DNA of 64,000 nucleotides from a virus (IMGVR_UViG_3300021964_000026:38932-102931), one strand, 5' to 3'; counted from the first letter of the stretch, positions 12,901 through 22,156 are shown. Notes: a model not told the origin generated them from the letters alone. Made by a program: numbers and translations.

Positions 12901-15900
12901 CACCGATGGTGAAACCACCTTGTGCTATATCGCGGTCGTCAAAATGAATGAGCGTTTCTTCATCAATTGTGTTTGGCATAACCGAGTTGCGATGTGAAAA
13001 TGATTCACCCGCGCGTCGGTAGATGTAGCGAAGAATGTGAGACTTACCACGATGGTCAACCATTTTCAATCCGTAGAGTGGTTGAGTTCCAACTGATGCG
13101 TCGTTGACTTCTGTTGTCGGAACATACGAGTTGTATGTTTCAAAATAGGTGTCGCCTGTGGCGAGATAGTTGCCGTAAACCGAAGAAACAAAGCGTCCAG
13201 CACCCTTTCCGTCTTCACCAAAACCCCAATCGCCAGCATCGGGCGCAAAGCCGGGAACACCTGCGGCAACGATACCGCCGAAGTTTACTCTTGCGCGTGC
13301 ATAACTGCCGGTCTGTAATCCTTCACGGATGGTGAACTTTTGACCGCCGTTTTCAAACGATTCCATTGCACCTGTGTTTGAAGCGCGTCCTGTGGTTGTT
13401 CCTGTGTTGGGTGTTTCAAACCCTTCTGCGCTGTTGAAGTTGGTGGCGTATCCGAGGTGGAGGTTGGTGAAAAACTCGTCCGAGTCTTCATCCAATGCCA
13501 CATATTCGCGTAGAGTTGTGATGGGCGCAAACGGTTTGCCGTTTTTGTCAATCGGCATGGGTGCAGGGTGCATGTTTTCACCTGCAATTTCGGGTGGCGC
13601 GCAGTAGAAGTTGCGGAAACGACCACCATGCCCGATGAGGAATTGCGGTTTGTATTCTGCCTGTGCTTTGCTGTTGTCAAGCCACGCGCAAAAATTGCGG
13701 CTGGTTGCACCGGGAACGGTGCTGTGAACAACGATGCTGTATCCCTCATTGCCGTTTGCATCCTCAACAACGCGACCTAAATGAGCGCGTAGGTATCCCA
13801 TGTGAGAACCACGGTCAAATGATGTGAAGGCTGTGCGCGTGTTCCAAAACGGCGCGGGGTCATGCGTAGAGCCGGTCACGGCAAAGTCCGCGTGTTGGTG
13901 TGCGGATGTTGCGTCTGTTGGCTCTTGAGTGTCAATACCGCCTACGGAAATAGCGCGACGGTTGATGTCAAATCGTTCACCTTCACCTGCGTATTGGTCG
14001 GATGGTCGTCGTTGACTGCTACGACCGTTGAGCGCACCGCCTTGATTGATGAGACGAACAACTTCGCGAGCCGCCGCTTCAATGTCCGTGACACCTTCGC
14101 GCAACCCAATTTCACCCATGTCAATTGTGAGGCGGCGAACGAAGTCCATATCGGTCCAATGAGGTAGTTGGTTCAACCGAGCATCAACGATGGTGTTGTT
14201 TGTAGCACGCTTACCCTTCAAACAAAGGAAGGCCGAAATAACGCGTGTGCCTTCCGGTGTGTCAAAGAAAGTAGCCGAAAACTGATAGTGTCCACCGCTG
14301 TCGTCAATGATGGCCTCGGATGTGTCATGGTCAATTGTTTCGGCGTGGCGTAGAGCGGCTTTGTCAACATCAACAGTTGACTGCGCAACGCGTCCTTGAC
14401 CAAACTGCGTTGTTTCATCACCAAATGCTACGGTGTGTTCAGTTTGCCGCTTTGGTTTATTGTGTTTGGTTGCCGCAACATTGGATGTTGACATGAAGGA
14501 TTCATCCATGAGCCACCACGATTTGTGTGCGTAGGCTCCTTCAACAAATTGCGACTTACCTTCGTCTTTAATGAGGTTGTAAACAACGGTGTTGATGGTT
14601 TCCGCATGCGTGCTTGATGTCGTGGCTTTGTTTTTGTCTTGCGTCTTGAATCCAGCCGCTACATCAAGACCTTCAATCGTTGGTGTTGTTGCACTCGTTT
14701 GAACTTGCATGTGCAAGTCGTGGAACGCGATGAACTCACGGTCATGCTCTACATCGTAAAGCAACACTCGCGCGTGTGTTTCTGTGCTAAGGTAGGGGTC
14801 AAGGAACGCAACAACGGGTGCAGATGTGCTGTGTCCAAGTTCAGTCCAATTGAGTTCAATGGTTTTGTTCACATGTTGAACAAAGTTGCGAGCAGTTTCA
14901 AGACAAGTATCGCCAATAAGGAAGTTTTCAACAGGGAGAGTGTCGCGTGCTTCAACTCCAAGCGCACCCTTTCCACCATTGAAGCCCGACCATACTTCAT
15001 ATTCGTTGTAAACACCGCGCGATTTACAAAACATTCCCTCAATTGCGTGAGGATTGGTGTAGTGCATGTTCATCCAAACCGTATCACCGTAGCGCAATCC
15101 GCCGGGGCAGTAGGGGTTGTTCCATGTTGCGTTCGCGATACCGTCGGGTTGCTTGAGAGGTAGTTGAGTTGCGCTTGTTGCATAAATGCCAATGACGGTG
15201 AGTGTGTCCCCTGCCGCAAGACTTGGTGCGGTGCTGTCAAGAACCGGGTGAGCCACGACCTGCATTTCTCTTACCGTGGTTGTTGAGTTGTAAGTAATTT
15301 GATACTTACGACCTGTGGCTTCGTTAATAGCGGCAAACGCGTAGTTGGTTGGCAGATGTCCTTTGGGTAAATCACCTTCAAAAATAAAGGTCTGTGATGG
15401 TGAAAGCGGGTTAAGAAGAATAAGTTTGAGACGCGCACCTTTTGATTGAATGCGAGACAGATGAGGATTGGCTGTTGGTCCAGCCTTAAACTCAACCGCG
15501 CTGACATATTGGCGTAGGCCGTAGTCAAGGTTGCCTCCCTGTGTCATCACGCTTCCTCGGTCGTAGTAGAACGGTCGTCGGTATTCTTGAGCAGAAGAGT
15601 TGTAGTTGTCGTCGCCTGTAAGCGGGTATCCGTCTCCGTTTGGCAAAACACCAATGGTGATTTGAGAACCAACATCAAGCAAAGTGAAGAAGTCGGGACT
15701 TGAATGGCTTGCGAGTCCACTCAAAGAAAAATAACTGCCGCCCGCGTATTCGTAGTAAGCCCACTCACCGTTTCCAAGCACAACTTTACGCGCGCGTCGT
15801 GTGCTAACACCTTTGACCGTCCCAGCCGCGTTGAAGTTTGAATTGGGAATGCGCCCACTTCCTTCTGCGATGTAGACTCTCCTGTTGCTTCCTTGTCGGT

Positions 15901-18900
15901 CGTATCGCAACACCGTGGCGCGGATAGGCAGATTGTTGCTAAAACGATACTGATACTGTCCAAAGGCTTCGTAGTCGTTAGCGGCGTAGTTGGGCGCACG
16001 ACGACCCACAGGTGATGGGTTCCAAGCCTGTGCTGTCATTGTTGCATCCAAATGCAACTTCATGCTGTTGTCGGGGCCGGGGAACACACCTGCGTCTCGG
16101 TCTTCAAAGAATTGTTGAGGGAAAAGGGGGATTTCAACAAGCGCGCGAGTGCTGGCGTATTGTGTTCCCAACTGATAGTCGTGTTGAACAGAACCAATGG
16201 ACTGAAACAGCCGGTCGTTGACGGTTGTTCCATCCGCGCATATTGAAGAAGTTGCAAACAACGGGTCAAGCAAAACCAATTGACCTTCCTCAATTCTGCT
16301 TTTTGTGACCCAATCGGCAAACGATGCCGCTTCTTGTCCGTTAGCGAGTTTAAATGTCCCTGTTCCATGAACGAGTGTTCCGCTTGTAAAAGTGAAAGCG
16401 GTTCCGGTTTTGCTTGTGTATTCAGCACTTGCACCGTTCTGCAAATAAATACGACCGGTAGCAGGGAAGCAATAAGTCCCCCATGTTGCCAGCGATGTTC
16501 CCGCATTGTTCAATGCTTGAACCGACACGGTTCTCGCGGTGCTGTCCACTTCATTGATTTGCGCGGCACAATCATGACGCGTATTCCATCCGATGCGCGA
16601 TAATGTCGCGGGGTCCCATGTTGGTTTTGTGTTGACAGCACCTTGACCAGCACCACCGAGCGTGACCGAGACGACAGGCGCGCCCGGTTGAATCTCTTTG
16701 ACGATGTGCGAATCGGGACTTCCATCACCGCTATACGCCACAGTTTGGTCGGCGACATCGGACATCATACCCTGCCCCTCCATGATGAGGTAGCGTCCAG
16801 CACCGCTATCGTTGACTTGCATTGATGTGATACGCGCGGTAGATTGAATGTATTCAATGGTAAAGTAGGTGTTATCCGTAAAGTCCACAGTCGCGGGTGT
16901 TGCTCGCGATAACTGCATGGTGCGCTCGCGCTTTGTTGGTTGAACGATAAAGAGGTAGGAGTCGCCCTCTTTGTCGTTGTCAATGATGTCAAACATTTCA
17001 AACGCGCCGCCTTTTTGTGATGCGAACTGTTTGCTTTCTTGATAGTGAGTGGGTGATTCACCTACGGGTGGGTCGCTTGCGCCTCGTTGCATCGGTTGAA
17101 GGTGCAATTTGTGATAGGCTGACGGGTGGACTGTTGTTCCCACACCTTGTGGTGGCTTTCTTGGTTCATCATCGGATGTGCGCGGTGTGTAGTTGCTTGG
17201 GAGGTGCGACTCATCCAATTCATCGTTGTAAGCAATACCGCCTGTGTTGTCTCCGATAAGGTGGTGCGGCTTCATAACAACCTGTGCGTTGCCTACATCG
17301 CTTGAAGAAGCAACAATCACACCACCGGGTGCGTGGATGGTCGCGTTAGCACCAACAGCGTCAGCAATGTGTTCGGCTACGCGTTTTCCGTCAATCAAAG
17401 AACCTCCATCGGGGACAGTCTTGGTGATGAGAAGGGCTGGGTTGCTCAATCCCATTTTGCCGCCGGTGAGGTCAACAGCGTTGTAGTGGATTTCAACATA
17501 ACCAGCGGTGATACCCGACACTTCAAGAAGCGCGACACGAGATTCGGTTTCGGGTGTGAGGTGTGTTTTGTAGGCCGCATCGCTGGTTGAATCAACACCA
17601 ATGCCGCCACCCTTCAACAAAAACGGTTGAATGTCATCAACTGAAATCGCAATGACACCCGACCGCTTTCCATCAAGCGATGACAAACCGTTATCCACCA
17701 CACCGTTTGTTGTTGCTGATGTTCTAACATCCATGATTCGCGCGTTAAACGCTGTGTGTGTCAACGACACTTTGCTGTTAATCGGCATCACCTCTTTCAG
17801 TCCGAGGTATGAGCCAGCGAAGGTCACAAGAACATCATCGGCTATACCGTCAATGGTTCGCGTGATTTCCTGTTCATGGATGGGTGGAAGCATCCGCAAA
17901 AATGGGTGTCCTTCCCTGTGAGTCAATGTGTGTCGTCCTGTGTGGCCTGTCTTGAAGCGTTCAGCGATGGTCCACGATGTCGGCGCAAAACTGTTGGTGT
18001 TGACGGCAAGAGCGCGCGAATACATGAAGCCGTGAAACTCATTCGGGCTTTCATCAATCACCATCGCACCCGTTCGGTCAATTGCTTGACTCCCTGTGCC
18101 GAGCCGTTGAAACGGCTTTCCACTCTCGCTGTCAATCAACAAATCGGAGCGGATGAGAACCATTGCTGAATCGTTAGCGCGATGATAAGTTGCATCGTAT
18201 GCTGTGCGTGAATGAAGCACACCGCGCGAACCTGTGTCGGCTGAAACACCAAAGTCAAGGTGGATGCTGTCAACGGTGATGGTTCCGTTGGTGTTGATTT
18301 GCTTGAGACGAACGCGTTCGGGTGGGCTGTTGTTTTGCACACCTGTGAGAACATCTGTTGCTGTTGGATTGATGAGCAGGTTGAATGGCGTGTGAGCCAC
18401 GCTAATAACCTGCGCTCCCCCGCTATGCGCGGCGTTAGCAACGCGGTAGTTGCCGAGGCTTTCCAGCGTGTAGTTGCTCGCGAGCGTGTCGGACTTACCG
18501 CTTACCGTTTCGTAAAGCGTTTGACAAGCGGTGGCCCCAATGGTGATGGTGGTGTCGCCAGCAGACACATTTGAAGTCGCGTAAAACACAGTTTCGTCAA
18601 CGCTCACCGGCTCTTCAAAACGCCAAAGGCCCAGCGTGCTTGTAGAAAGCATGCATGGTTTAGCGCGCGATTCAATTGTTGAAACATCAGCCTTCCAATG
18701 AACGGATTCAATGTAGCCGCGATACTGACCACCTTCACCACCAATGAACAGGTCTTGGTCGTTGACATTGCATGTGTAGGATTTGTTGAGTTTGTGCGAC
18801 GCCATCAGTTCGCCGTTGACATACAGTTTAACCTGCTGTCCGTTGAACTCACCGGAGATGTGATACAATTCTCGCTGTCCAGCGTTGTAGCCCACATCAT

Positions 18901-19291
18901 TGCTGATGAAGGAACCCGCCGCCGTTGGATAATTGTTCGCGCTTGCGGCGATAGCGGAGGTTTTGTTGGTGAGTTGCACTTTAAACGAAGCGACACCGGG
19001 TGCATCAACGGTCCCCATTCTCAACTCAAACAGCCCTGCTTTGCTGGCAATAACACCACCGCAGTCGGGCGAAACCCAAGCCTCAACCGTGAACTGCTTG
19101 AGTGTTTGATTGTTGGCGTTGGCGAAACGATGGTTGTCGCCGTCTTGAAGAACAGGAGCAGATGAGCGCGCAACGCTACCGTTGAGTTCGCGCTTATGGC
19201 CTGTTTTGACAAAGTTGCCCTGTGGACAAACAACGCTGTCGCTTACGCCGTTGAAAAACAACGCGTGGCTTGACAGACCAATAACCGCCAC
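3962..19291 (-). CDS. Giant tail-associated structural protein (5109 aa) with N-terminal LamG/concanavalin-like domain
   Basis: 15.3 kb ORF. N-terminus LFFNGVSD...FTVEAWV...LYHISGEFNGQQVKLYVNG...LFIGG...YRGYIESV...LGLWRFEE is a LamG fold signature; lies in tail module downstream of tape measure. Confidence 0.8.
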   Translation of the reverse strand: MAVIGLSSHALFFNGVSDSVVCPQGNFVKTGHKRELNGSVARSSAPVLQDGDNHRFANANNQTLKQFTVEAWVSPDCGGVIASKAGLFELRMGTVDAPGVASFKVQLTNKTSAIAASANNYPTAAGSFISNDVGYNAGQRELYHISGEFNGQQVKLYVNGELMASHKLNKSYTCNVNDQDLFIGGEGGQYRGYIESVHWKADVSTIESRAKPCMLSTSTLGLWRFEEPVSVDETVFYATSNVSAGDTTITIGATACQTLYETVSGKSDTLASNYTLESLGNYRVANAAHSGGAQVISVAHTPFNLLINPTATDVLTGVQNNSPPERVRLKQINTNGTITVDSIHLDFGVSADTGSRGVLHSRTAYDATYHRANDSAMVLIRSDLLIDSESGKPFQRLGTGSQAIDRTGAMVIDESPNEFHGFMYSRALAVNTNSFAPTSWTIAERFKTGHTGRHTLTHREGHPFLRMLPPIHEQEITRTIDGIADDVLVTFAGSYLGLKEVMPINSKVSLTHTAFNARIMDVRTSATTNGVVDNGLSSLDGKRSGVIAISVDDIQPFLLKGGGIGVDSTSDAAYKTHLTPETESRVALLEVSGITAGYVEIHYNAVDLTGGKMGLSNPALLITKTVPDGGSLIDGKRVAEHIADAVGANATIHAPGGVIVASSSDVGNAQVVMKPHHLIGDNTGGIAYNDELDESHLPSNYTPRTSDDEPRKPPQGVGTTVHPSAYHKLHLQPMQRGASDPPVGESPTHYQESKQFASQKGGAFEMFDIIDNDKEGDSYLFIVQPTKRERTMQLSRATPATVDFTDNTYFTIEYIQSTARITSMQVNDSGAGRYLIMEGQGMMSDVADQTVAYSGDGSPDSHIVKEIQPGAPVVSVTLGGAGQGAVNTKPTWDPATLSRIGWNTRHDCAAQINEVDSTARTVSVQALNNAGTSLATWGTYCFPATGRIYLQNGASAEYTSKTGTAFTFTSGTLVHGTGTFKLANGQEAASFADWVTKSRIEEGQLVLLDPLFATSSICADGTTVNDRLFQSIGSVQHDYQLGTQYASTRALVEIPLFPQQFFEDRDAGVFPGPDNSMKLHLDATMTAQAWNPSPVGRRAPNYAANDYEAFGQYQYRFSNNLPIRATVLRYDRQGSNRRVYIAEGSGRIPNSNFNAAGTVKGVSTRRARKVVLGNGEWAYYEYAGGSYFSLSGLASHSSPDFFTLLDVGSQITIGVLPNGDGYPLTGDDNYNSSAQEYRRPFYYDRGSVMTQGGNLDYGLRQYVSAVEFKAGPTANPHLSRIQSKGARLKLILLNPLSPSQTFIFEGDLPKGHLPTNYAFAAINEATGRKYQITYNSTTTVREMQVVAHPVLDSTAPSLAAGDTLTVIGIYATSATQLPLKQPDGIANATWNNPYCPGGLRYGDTVWMNMHYTNPHAIEGMFCKSRGVYNEYEVWSGFNGGKGALGVEARDTLPVENFLIGDTCLETARNFVQHVNKTIELNWTELGHSTSAPVVAFLDPYLSTETHARVLLYDVEHDREFIAFHDLHMQVQTSATTPTIEGLDVAAGFKTQDKNKATTSSTHAETINTVVYNLIKDEGKSQFVEGAYAHKSWWLMDESFMSTSNVAATKHNKPKRQTEHTVAFGDETTQFGQGRVAQSTVDVDKAALRHAETIDHDTSEAIIDDSGGHYQFSATFFDTPEGTRVISAFLCLKGKRATNNTIVDARLNQLPHWTDMDFVRRLTIDMGEIGLREGVTDIEAAAREVVRLINQGGALNGRSSQRRPSDQYAGEGERFDINRRAISVGGIDTQEPTDATSAHQHADFAVTGSTHDPAPFWNTRTAFTSFDRGSHMGYLRAHLGRVVEDANGNEGYSIVVHSTVPGATSRNFCAWLDNSKAQAEYKPQFLIGHGGRFRNFYCAPPEIAGENMHPAPMPIDKNGKPFAPITTLREYVALDEDSDEFFTNLHLGYATNFNSAEGFETPNTGTTTGRASNTGAMESFENGGQKFTIREGLQTGSYARARVNFGGIVAAGVPGFAPDAGDWGFGEDGKGAGRFVSSVYGNYLATGDTYFETYNSYVPTTEVNDASVGTQPLYGLKMVDHRGKSHILRYIYRRAGESFSHRNSVMPNTIDEETLIHFDDRDIAQGGFTIGANMWGKGGDGTPFFYTGTTDYNWRGNKWRGVYTPNAGYAVTMDTAMANNQLAIHDASGYGYHNGGIWHHLPDVDDVLGWMGFPDSGLVWLAIPSSRSQYDKVGVVFSYTSRTHNGRGGPHIFGGVEGVEADSMVATWFNSQDKCGPTSVSNTRAPVIISPHLNQTTIVTDELIAAATAFAFTADPNEDDQYFDCSHLRAPDGRTYGEVMGEAAQTAIKITKFNSDKEIIPLNKLFSASLSRDWGLQASSQEHDTISASFSSGGQFGGLGNDVGEGMEEVGYIPYTLLNIATRYKGSNANTATPILIDQTNNAVPTDDWQKHLRGDKYTRYEGDHITPSLEAATYELDPQSGSLAYPSGTAYDTYQIEMRDPHHFAVLGRQYAWQLQHISGGSNLNQDSSTEFGGSTTIDGSWSPFKRMDIDEDTYIHCAALSSIDAPTDVARHLLAWHHDDSKGDFKDSLDTNLILQRFKFVNDIQGLRLRANRKGNPLLYFRGAQDSIDHHVPLYFGGGFSGVVMDINDGSRVDYSTHNKHPYSSGPTGSAGLQDIGEKMGAYALLDTTALFAMFPATVLTNQHRGEATPPFANQDAILNTDIDGNNNTHTIPDTTYTNVNIAQPTPVVLRFAHPYARYTDSTNSVAYMVFGPGQAVPKHWSGESASITTSVEPSAKWTAAFKKYCSLDGAMATTFNQGNESGYFFPNELSNGTLNGAANQFLPPTNAYGANNVFPYETFRHWEPSYGSPNSAFNQTVSTEARYVSSHFFGANSVVQSAANEYGHPFSHYTAVARFPTSHSNFREDKLIFHLDGGYTVGGSWFDNSVRKNPPHPVTATLVNSANASVQYIDRLGLNATMFRVGSQVLTDYDHDLDADVPDDVFLIDATRCQNSEELGAVVAAAINTWPGRSNLKALGGSFLPSFQDAQRQDRYGWIDVGDLGTYTDAGSGGHVSVGTALPMTLPENGWIRVSNGVNSYYGYYSNYDVAQGTFILGANFRNGQNRLEQPSLSGTGDVTSVTGEGHKVFVWSKAGNLRWDNGFQNAVDGSRATGATSSGQMSNSPFDHYASTQVHFNGVVDAIDRTRAVGAVGWHGERYSYLNSLNISNKVAAGLGAWHPMLGFTPYGAATACHNPQSMEWVLRIAEGGELENGDYIWEPKTSTHNAVGMHQRHFVVISYEGDLPIIAKAARNGQQTCGDMLQLKWGGTQGGTITAYHNDRFNNDRYNAESNAGPHVEAMHDTTMTEPTDANPLWTTSAATASQLAQAETCLYPTGDLFFDKTENPNNAHYPNDNLFDSETAKTENTGYDTYSTHRDGIYAHYKGRLAARNFFAEHVVWKRMGGGNLTLPAQNARGLGSMPWQVHKVGSEYIRFGETIYGNVRFSFETTNAAMYPIIQAQELAHPALAEQYPYEVRNALNIPNEEIQFTEIIVVDDTGQQHRLTGGSPLGVVVRDYEMVHDRENEGLAPALAGSGVSPNMRIQLPNHDDIPGNILVRAGFDRLQAYQHETLGGGGLQHPSQPVSGVSQAFESDSDRPRTEPFWEQDGYEHINQNPNNFPDSNNALQSTNILETAYEPHDRALYFHITKMGYTYTEREPLRIVSNAMTLNRLTFKDKGNDYITVNESITADIWKQDPTPDGRYFLSVNGTIASFTNNTTVVIEGVTYHRFTGVVFAPDFTAKEDDAIKPSYYIPAGSTRQFAARRLRDHAEVSGNSPDKAHTDWTSLAAGTSPATLVRAANKLTPMPLPRMGHHYVMPTMAMLPGHLAHPLYQQIYQANRACFGATDYDTTKTIANPLVWFSGTTASNPPSDIHGDGFTLLTETKLRFDGYGVADDSASCNAAGGHRIQLESGTNYNTAFHFPDPAEVGAYQIVIQPNLFSKQFMGNNENTTFASTDAPEDPGGTNTTVRTLTDQLFATVVAMQDRDLILSEATMADVRGCEIYLNEVILDIDPSTREQFTNIPTLGLSNPFGVNATSSGAFTRRSLPYHPNMFHRSTPGHTVTVPWWSAALASSTIFSATAPWKGSQHYHPDDYYLFCRSTLGAVGTQTTMLGYPSHYLDVYTDYLTSLTPTATVEHGDQSNSKLYVRNNNLFPVAGADYYAQHLVIIDDSGVEQTASYEDRGYISGLSASGPVVFNSVTAITSGFWSAAVQGATVRIKSKFNNLGAGEVYNKSQASVATRNLPQLLSGTRDTNSLHLPDAYLCLWHYNLGRPMTWFSDSRTNKGDAAVDKKAYNHAPEHYEMIHYHEFTYAMSDGPFKFRMKSPSNVDGSIADTYSVAALTNQAGIDGKSRKYNLGAFWPGGHRFGAQMSSLSLYGTAAPGWRDKWDDNNIKQVSDAKGLTVANADVETTTDTIQTKATHKQAGWGYRISVRQPYNRPRWSIKANQGLRDPHIYYHFQAEGPFISSQNATTRTNVQNGSANSSTTETTKQNYVGIIERQTNASALIGSDLKFQQVRYSDGRRMTKGFGCAVRNIRNPTTALRKFHADSPTGHRAGTDADDQRVNLALAQAHYMIDWWGNTTGEEVRRFPVRGFGIRPSWDPEDAYRATDRTKVAETMFTDSNLRSAETHIHFFDPATAKRVGDRGDGRGVRYPTYFNEDILQDVSEDMRPFGLVLSHHTSEPPFMSGFLRPSNVQLESHEVARGISAKLELAGDDGLLKREANVGTNVEKSNFTFMQEPIAKSKPRIGIDGMSVVENDGQMSPRYVVASTEANSVHTDRQVGQRFILAGGVSTANRAVDNLNLHTLNLSSAKQVLKFGTTHGIPPLGGTYIMEVSSDGEAISDLNWGASSGVTTNPYQTSNHDSTSYRTNTKDTTIKFLVRPVRVLDNQHIELFRDDTTHVLSATAAGRYGVFVYDTPNARAADAASSYMRNSNPAPSNPPYAPVYLFDLTTSTSDPTSNGPQIPGSEASDFTTLATQPVARMIVTNNTLQHFRGDAARRQSVNEGQDTFVRLDYTVQPRYTQSLYAGDKLNTSNHSSEGDRTDNGVGA

Positions 19292-19292
19292 T

Positions 19293-20456
19293 TCACGACC
19301 CCACTATGAAATCAATTGGCATGAAGGTCAATGAGCCTTCGTAAACATTCTCGCCAGCCATGTAGTTGAACGACATCGCGACAACTGTTCCGGAGATGCC
19401 TGTGAACTTACTTGTCGGGTTGAACTCAACACCGACGGGTTGATTGTTTGCCAACGCGTCTTGTTCGTCAGCATCCGCGCGCCCTGTGACCATGATGAGA
19501 TTGCGTTCGGTGTAGTCATCGGAGGCGGCTGTGCTGGTGATGAGTGAGTTGTAAGGGATTTGGATACCCACGATGTAGTCAGCCGTTTGTTTGTTTAAGA
19601 GACTCGCGTCTGCTTCAAAAATAGGGTCGTCGTCGGGTGTGTTGGCGATGGCTCCCGATGCACCAAGAAGGCTGGCGTTGCCGACATACGCGATGAGGTC
19701 TTGCAACTTATCACCCGCGCTACGGCACGACTTTGCTTGACCGCCAGCGCACACCTCAAACAACGGTGCTTTTGTAGCCAACCCCTTGCTGAAAAACGGT
19801 GTTTCGTTGTTGCCGCCAGCCCCTTTGTCCACTTGAGTGAAAGTGAGTTTTGCGTTGTTGGTCAATTCGCCGTTGCTGGTGGTGATAGTGAACGCGCTAC
19901 TGAAAGTTGTGCCTGTGGTGCTGACTTGTCGCGGGCTAAAGTCGGCGGCTTCACATGCGGTCTTGACAGCCGCCGCCAAGCCATCGTCGGTGGTGATGCC
20001 TTGAATGCCAACGGTCACGGTGGGTGGAACATTGATGTCGCTATGGGACGCTGTGCTACTGTCAAATTGGATTTTGATTGGGTCGCGCGTTGTGTTCTCA
20101 CCGGTGTAGGTTGATTCAATTGAAAAGGATTGACCGTTGAGGTCGCTCAATGAAACCGATGGACTGCTCCCACTCAAGTAGGATTGACGCGTTCCTCCGT
20201 CGCTGTTTGCTAACGCGCTAAAATCAATTGACGCTTTTGCCGCAACCGACTCAAACTCACTCGCCGCGCAATCGTCGTCAGCGAGAATGACATTGATTTT
20301 GAAGTCAGCCGTGACCATGTTGAGGTCAATACCGTAGCGTTCGCCAAGCACAGGCATTGGCATAACAGGAACGCTACGCGTGATGTTCATGCTGTAATCG
20401 GTCGCATCAACGGTCATGATGGTCCCGTCGTTGCGAATCAACCGTATTTTCGTCAA
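19293..20456 (-). CDS. Putative distal tail protein (387 aa)
   Basis: Immediately downstream of tape measure; beta-rich termini typical of tube-fold Dit proteins, with a central insertion. Confidence 0.5.
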   Translation of the reverse strand: MTKIRLIRNDGTIMTVDATDYSMNITRSVPVMPMPVLGERYGIDLNMVTADFKINVILADDDCAASEFESVAAKASIDFSALANSDGGTRQSYLSGSSPSVSLSDLNGQSFSIESTYTGENTTRDPIKIQFDSSTASHSDINVPPTVTVGIQGITTDDGLAAAVKTACEAADFSPRQVSTTGTTFSSAFTITTSNGELTNNAKLTFTQVDKGAGGNNETPFFSKGLATKAPLFEVCAGGQAKSCRSAGDKLQDLIAYVGNASLLGASGAIANTPDDDPIFEADASLLNKQTADYIVGIQIPYNSLITSTAASDDYTERNLIMVTGRADADEQDALANNQPVGVEFNPTSKFTGISGTVVAMSFNYMAGENVYEGSLTFMPIDFIVGS

Positions 20457-22156
20457 ACGCCCGACCTCCTGTTGCCGTGTGAGCGACCGCCGCGAGACAT
20501 TTCAGCGCGAATAAGGTCGCCAATTTCGCGCGCAAGTTGCTTCTTATCGGTGCGGTCGGTCACGCCACCGACATTGATGTTGACCGTCATGCCACCACCA
20601 CCACCCAAACCGATGCCTGTGGGGTTGTTCTTACGGTTGAGAGGCACGACAGCCTCCGGGCCATCCTCACCAACCACCGCAAGCGTAGGGCTGGTCACGA
20701 TGCCGCCTTCCGCGAGCAATGGGATTTTCGGTAAGCCCATTGTGCCGCCACCAAGAATCTCCGGCAGTTCAAACGAAAACTCTTCCGCGAAGTCGTTGTA
20801 AACGCCGATGATGCCGTTGAAAATGTCAAAGAATCCATCCTTTGCGTTGGTCCACATGCGCCCCGGCAATTTCATGAAGTAGTCCAAAAGGCTCTCGCCA
20901 CCATCTATCACATTTTCTTTTAAGGAAGTCAATGGTGTGAGCAACGCGGCAACAAGCCCCCCTACTAAACCAACAACGACTCCGAAACCTGCTGTGAGAA
21001 GTCCGAACGCTAAGCCGAAAATCGCTTTGATAGTTGACGCGATAAAGGTCACAATTTCCGAACCGAGGAACTTGATGAACTCCAACATCCCTGTAAGGAA
21101 GAGTGTGAATGTTTCCCAATTGCGAATAATGAAAGCAATGACGAAAAGAACCGCCGCGGTGATGGCCGCAGGGATAGCCAGCCCTGTTATCAAGAACAAG
21201 CCAACAAAGACAGCAAACGCGCCAAGAACACCAATAAGAACGCCTTTGATACCTTCACCAGCACCCATCGCGTAAGCAACAAGCGCGGCGATGCCACCAA
21301 CAACAAGTCCAACACCAGCGACAATAGCACCAATGGTTCCTTGAATGGCTACTGCGGTTCCAGCCTTAACCGCGGCAACAACTGTTTGAAGCATTAAGAA
21401 AGAACCAATGAGCGTCGCCAACACACCAACTGCGCCTACAACCGCGAGAACCACATTGTCAAACTCCGCGTTGAAAAGACGGTAAGCACCGACGGTGATA
21501 ACAGCCGCACCAGCCAGCAAACCCATAGTTGCTCCAAGTGCGGCTGACGCAATACCCGCAGTCAACAAAGCCGCCGCGAGAACATCAAGCGCGGTTGCCA
21601 ACCCACCCTCATCACCTTCACCTGTGATGACATAGACCAACCCCTGCATCGCATCGTGCAACGGCCCCAAGTCTTCGGTGTATGTAAGAAGCGGACTATT
21701 CGCGCCTTCAAACGCCAGCGATAAAGCGGCAAGCGCGAATCCAACAATGAGGAAAATGCTCACCAGCGAGAATGCCGACACCATGATGCGACGAAAGAGC
21801 GTGTTCTTCTTGTCCAACACCTTGTTGCCGAACTTGACTGCTACACCATGTGCAATGGTTGCCGCGGCCAATTTTTCCATCACGGTCATGTTGGCTTTCA
21901 AATCATCTCGCTGTTTGTCATTGAGGTTGGCAAACAACACGCCGCGTTTGACAACATTCACCATTGATTCAGCAAACCCTTGCAATTGAAGACGGATGGC
22001 GTTGAGTGGTGAGCGTTTTAGCGCGGTCGTGACCTTCTTCTGTTGCTTTTCAAACACGCCCATTTTCTTTGTCGCGTTCATGTTGAAAACGCCAAACTGT
22101 TCAAGCGCGACGGTGAGTTCATCCACTTGGTCTTTCAACTGCTGAATATCACTCAT
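20453..22156 (-). CDS. Tail tape measure protein (567 aa)
   Basis: Long Ala/Gly/Leu-rich helical and hydrophobic repeats; C-terminal IPLLAEGGIVTSPTLAVVGEDGPEAVVPL motif typical of TMPs; follows chaperone pair. Confidence 0.85.
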   Translation of the reverse strand: MSDIQQLKDQVDELTVALEQFGVFNMNATKKMGVFEKQQKKVTTALKRSPLNAIRLQLQGFAESMVNVVKRGVLFANLNDKQRDDLKANMTVMEKLAAATIAHGVAVKFGNKVLDKKNTLFRRIMVSAFSLVSIFLIVGFALAALSLAFEGANSPLLTYTEDLGPLHDAMQGLVYVITGEGDEGGLATALDVLAAALLTAGIASAALGATMGLLAGAAVITVGAYRLFNAEFDNVVLAVVGAVGVLATLIGSFLMLQTVVAAVKAGTAVAIQGTIGAIVAGVGLVVGGIAALVAYAMGAGEGIKGVLIGVLGAFAVFVGLFLITGLAIPAAITAAVLFVIAFIIRNWETFTLFLTGMLEFIKFLGSEIVTFIASTIKAIFGLAFGLLTAGFGVVVGLVGGLVAALLTPLTSLKENVIDGGESLLDYFMKLPGRMWTNAKDGFFDIFNGIIGVYNDFAEEFSFELPEILGGGTMGLPKIPLLAEGGIVTSPTLAVVGEDGPEAVVPLNRKNNPTGIGLGGGGGMTVNINVGGVTDRTDKKQLAREIGDLIRAEMSRGGRSHGNRRSGV

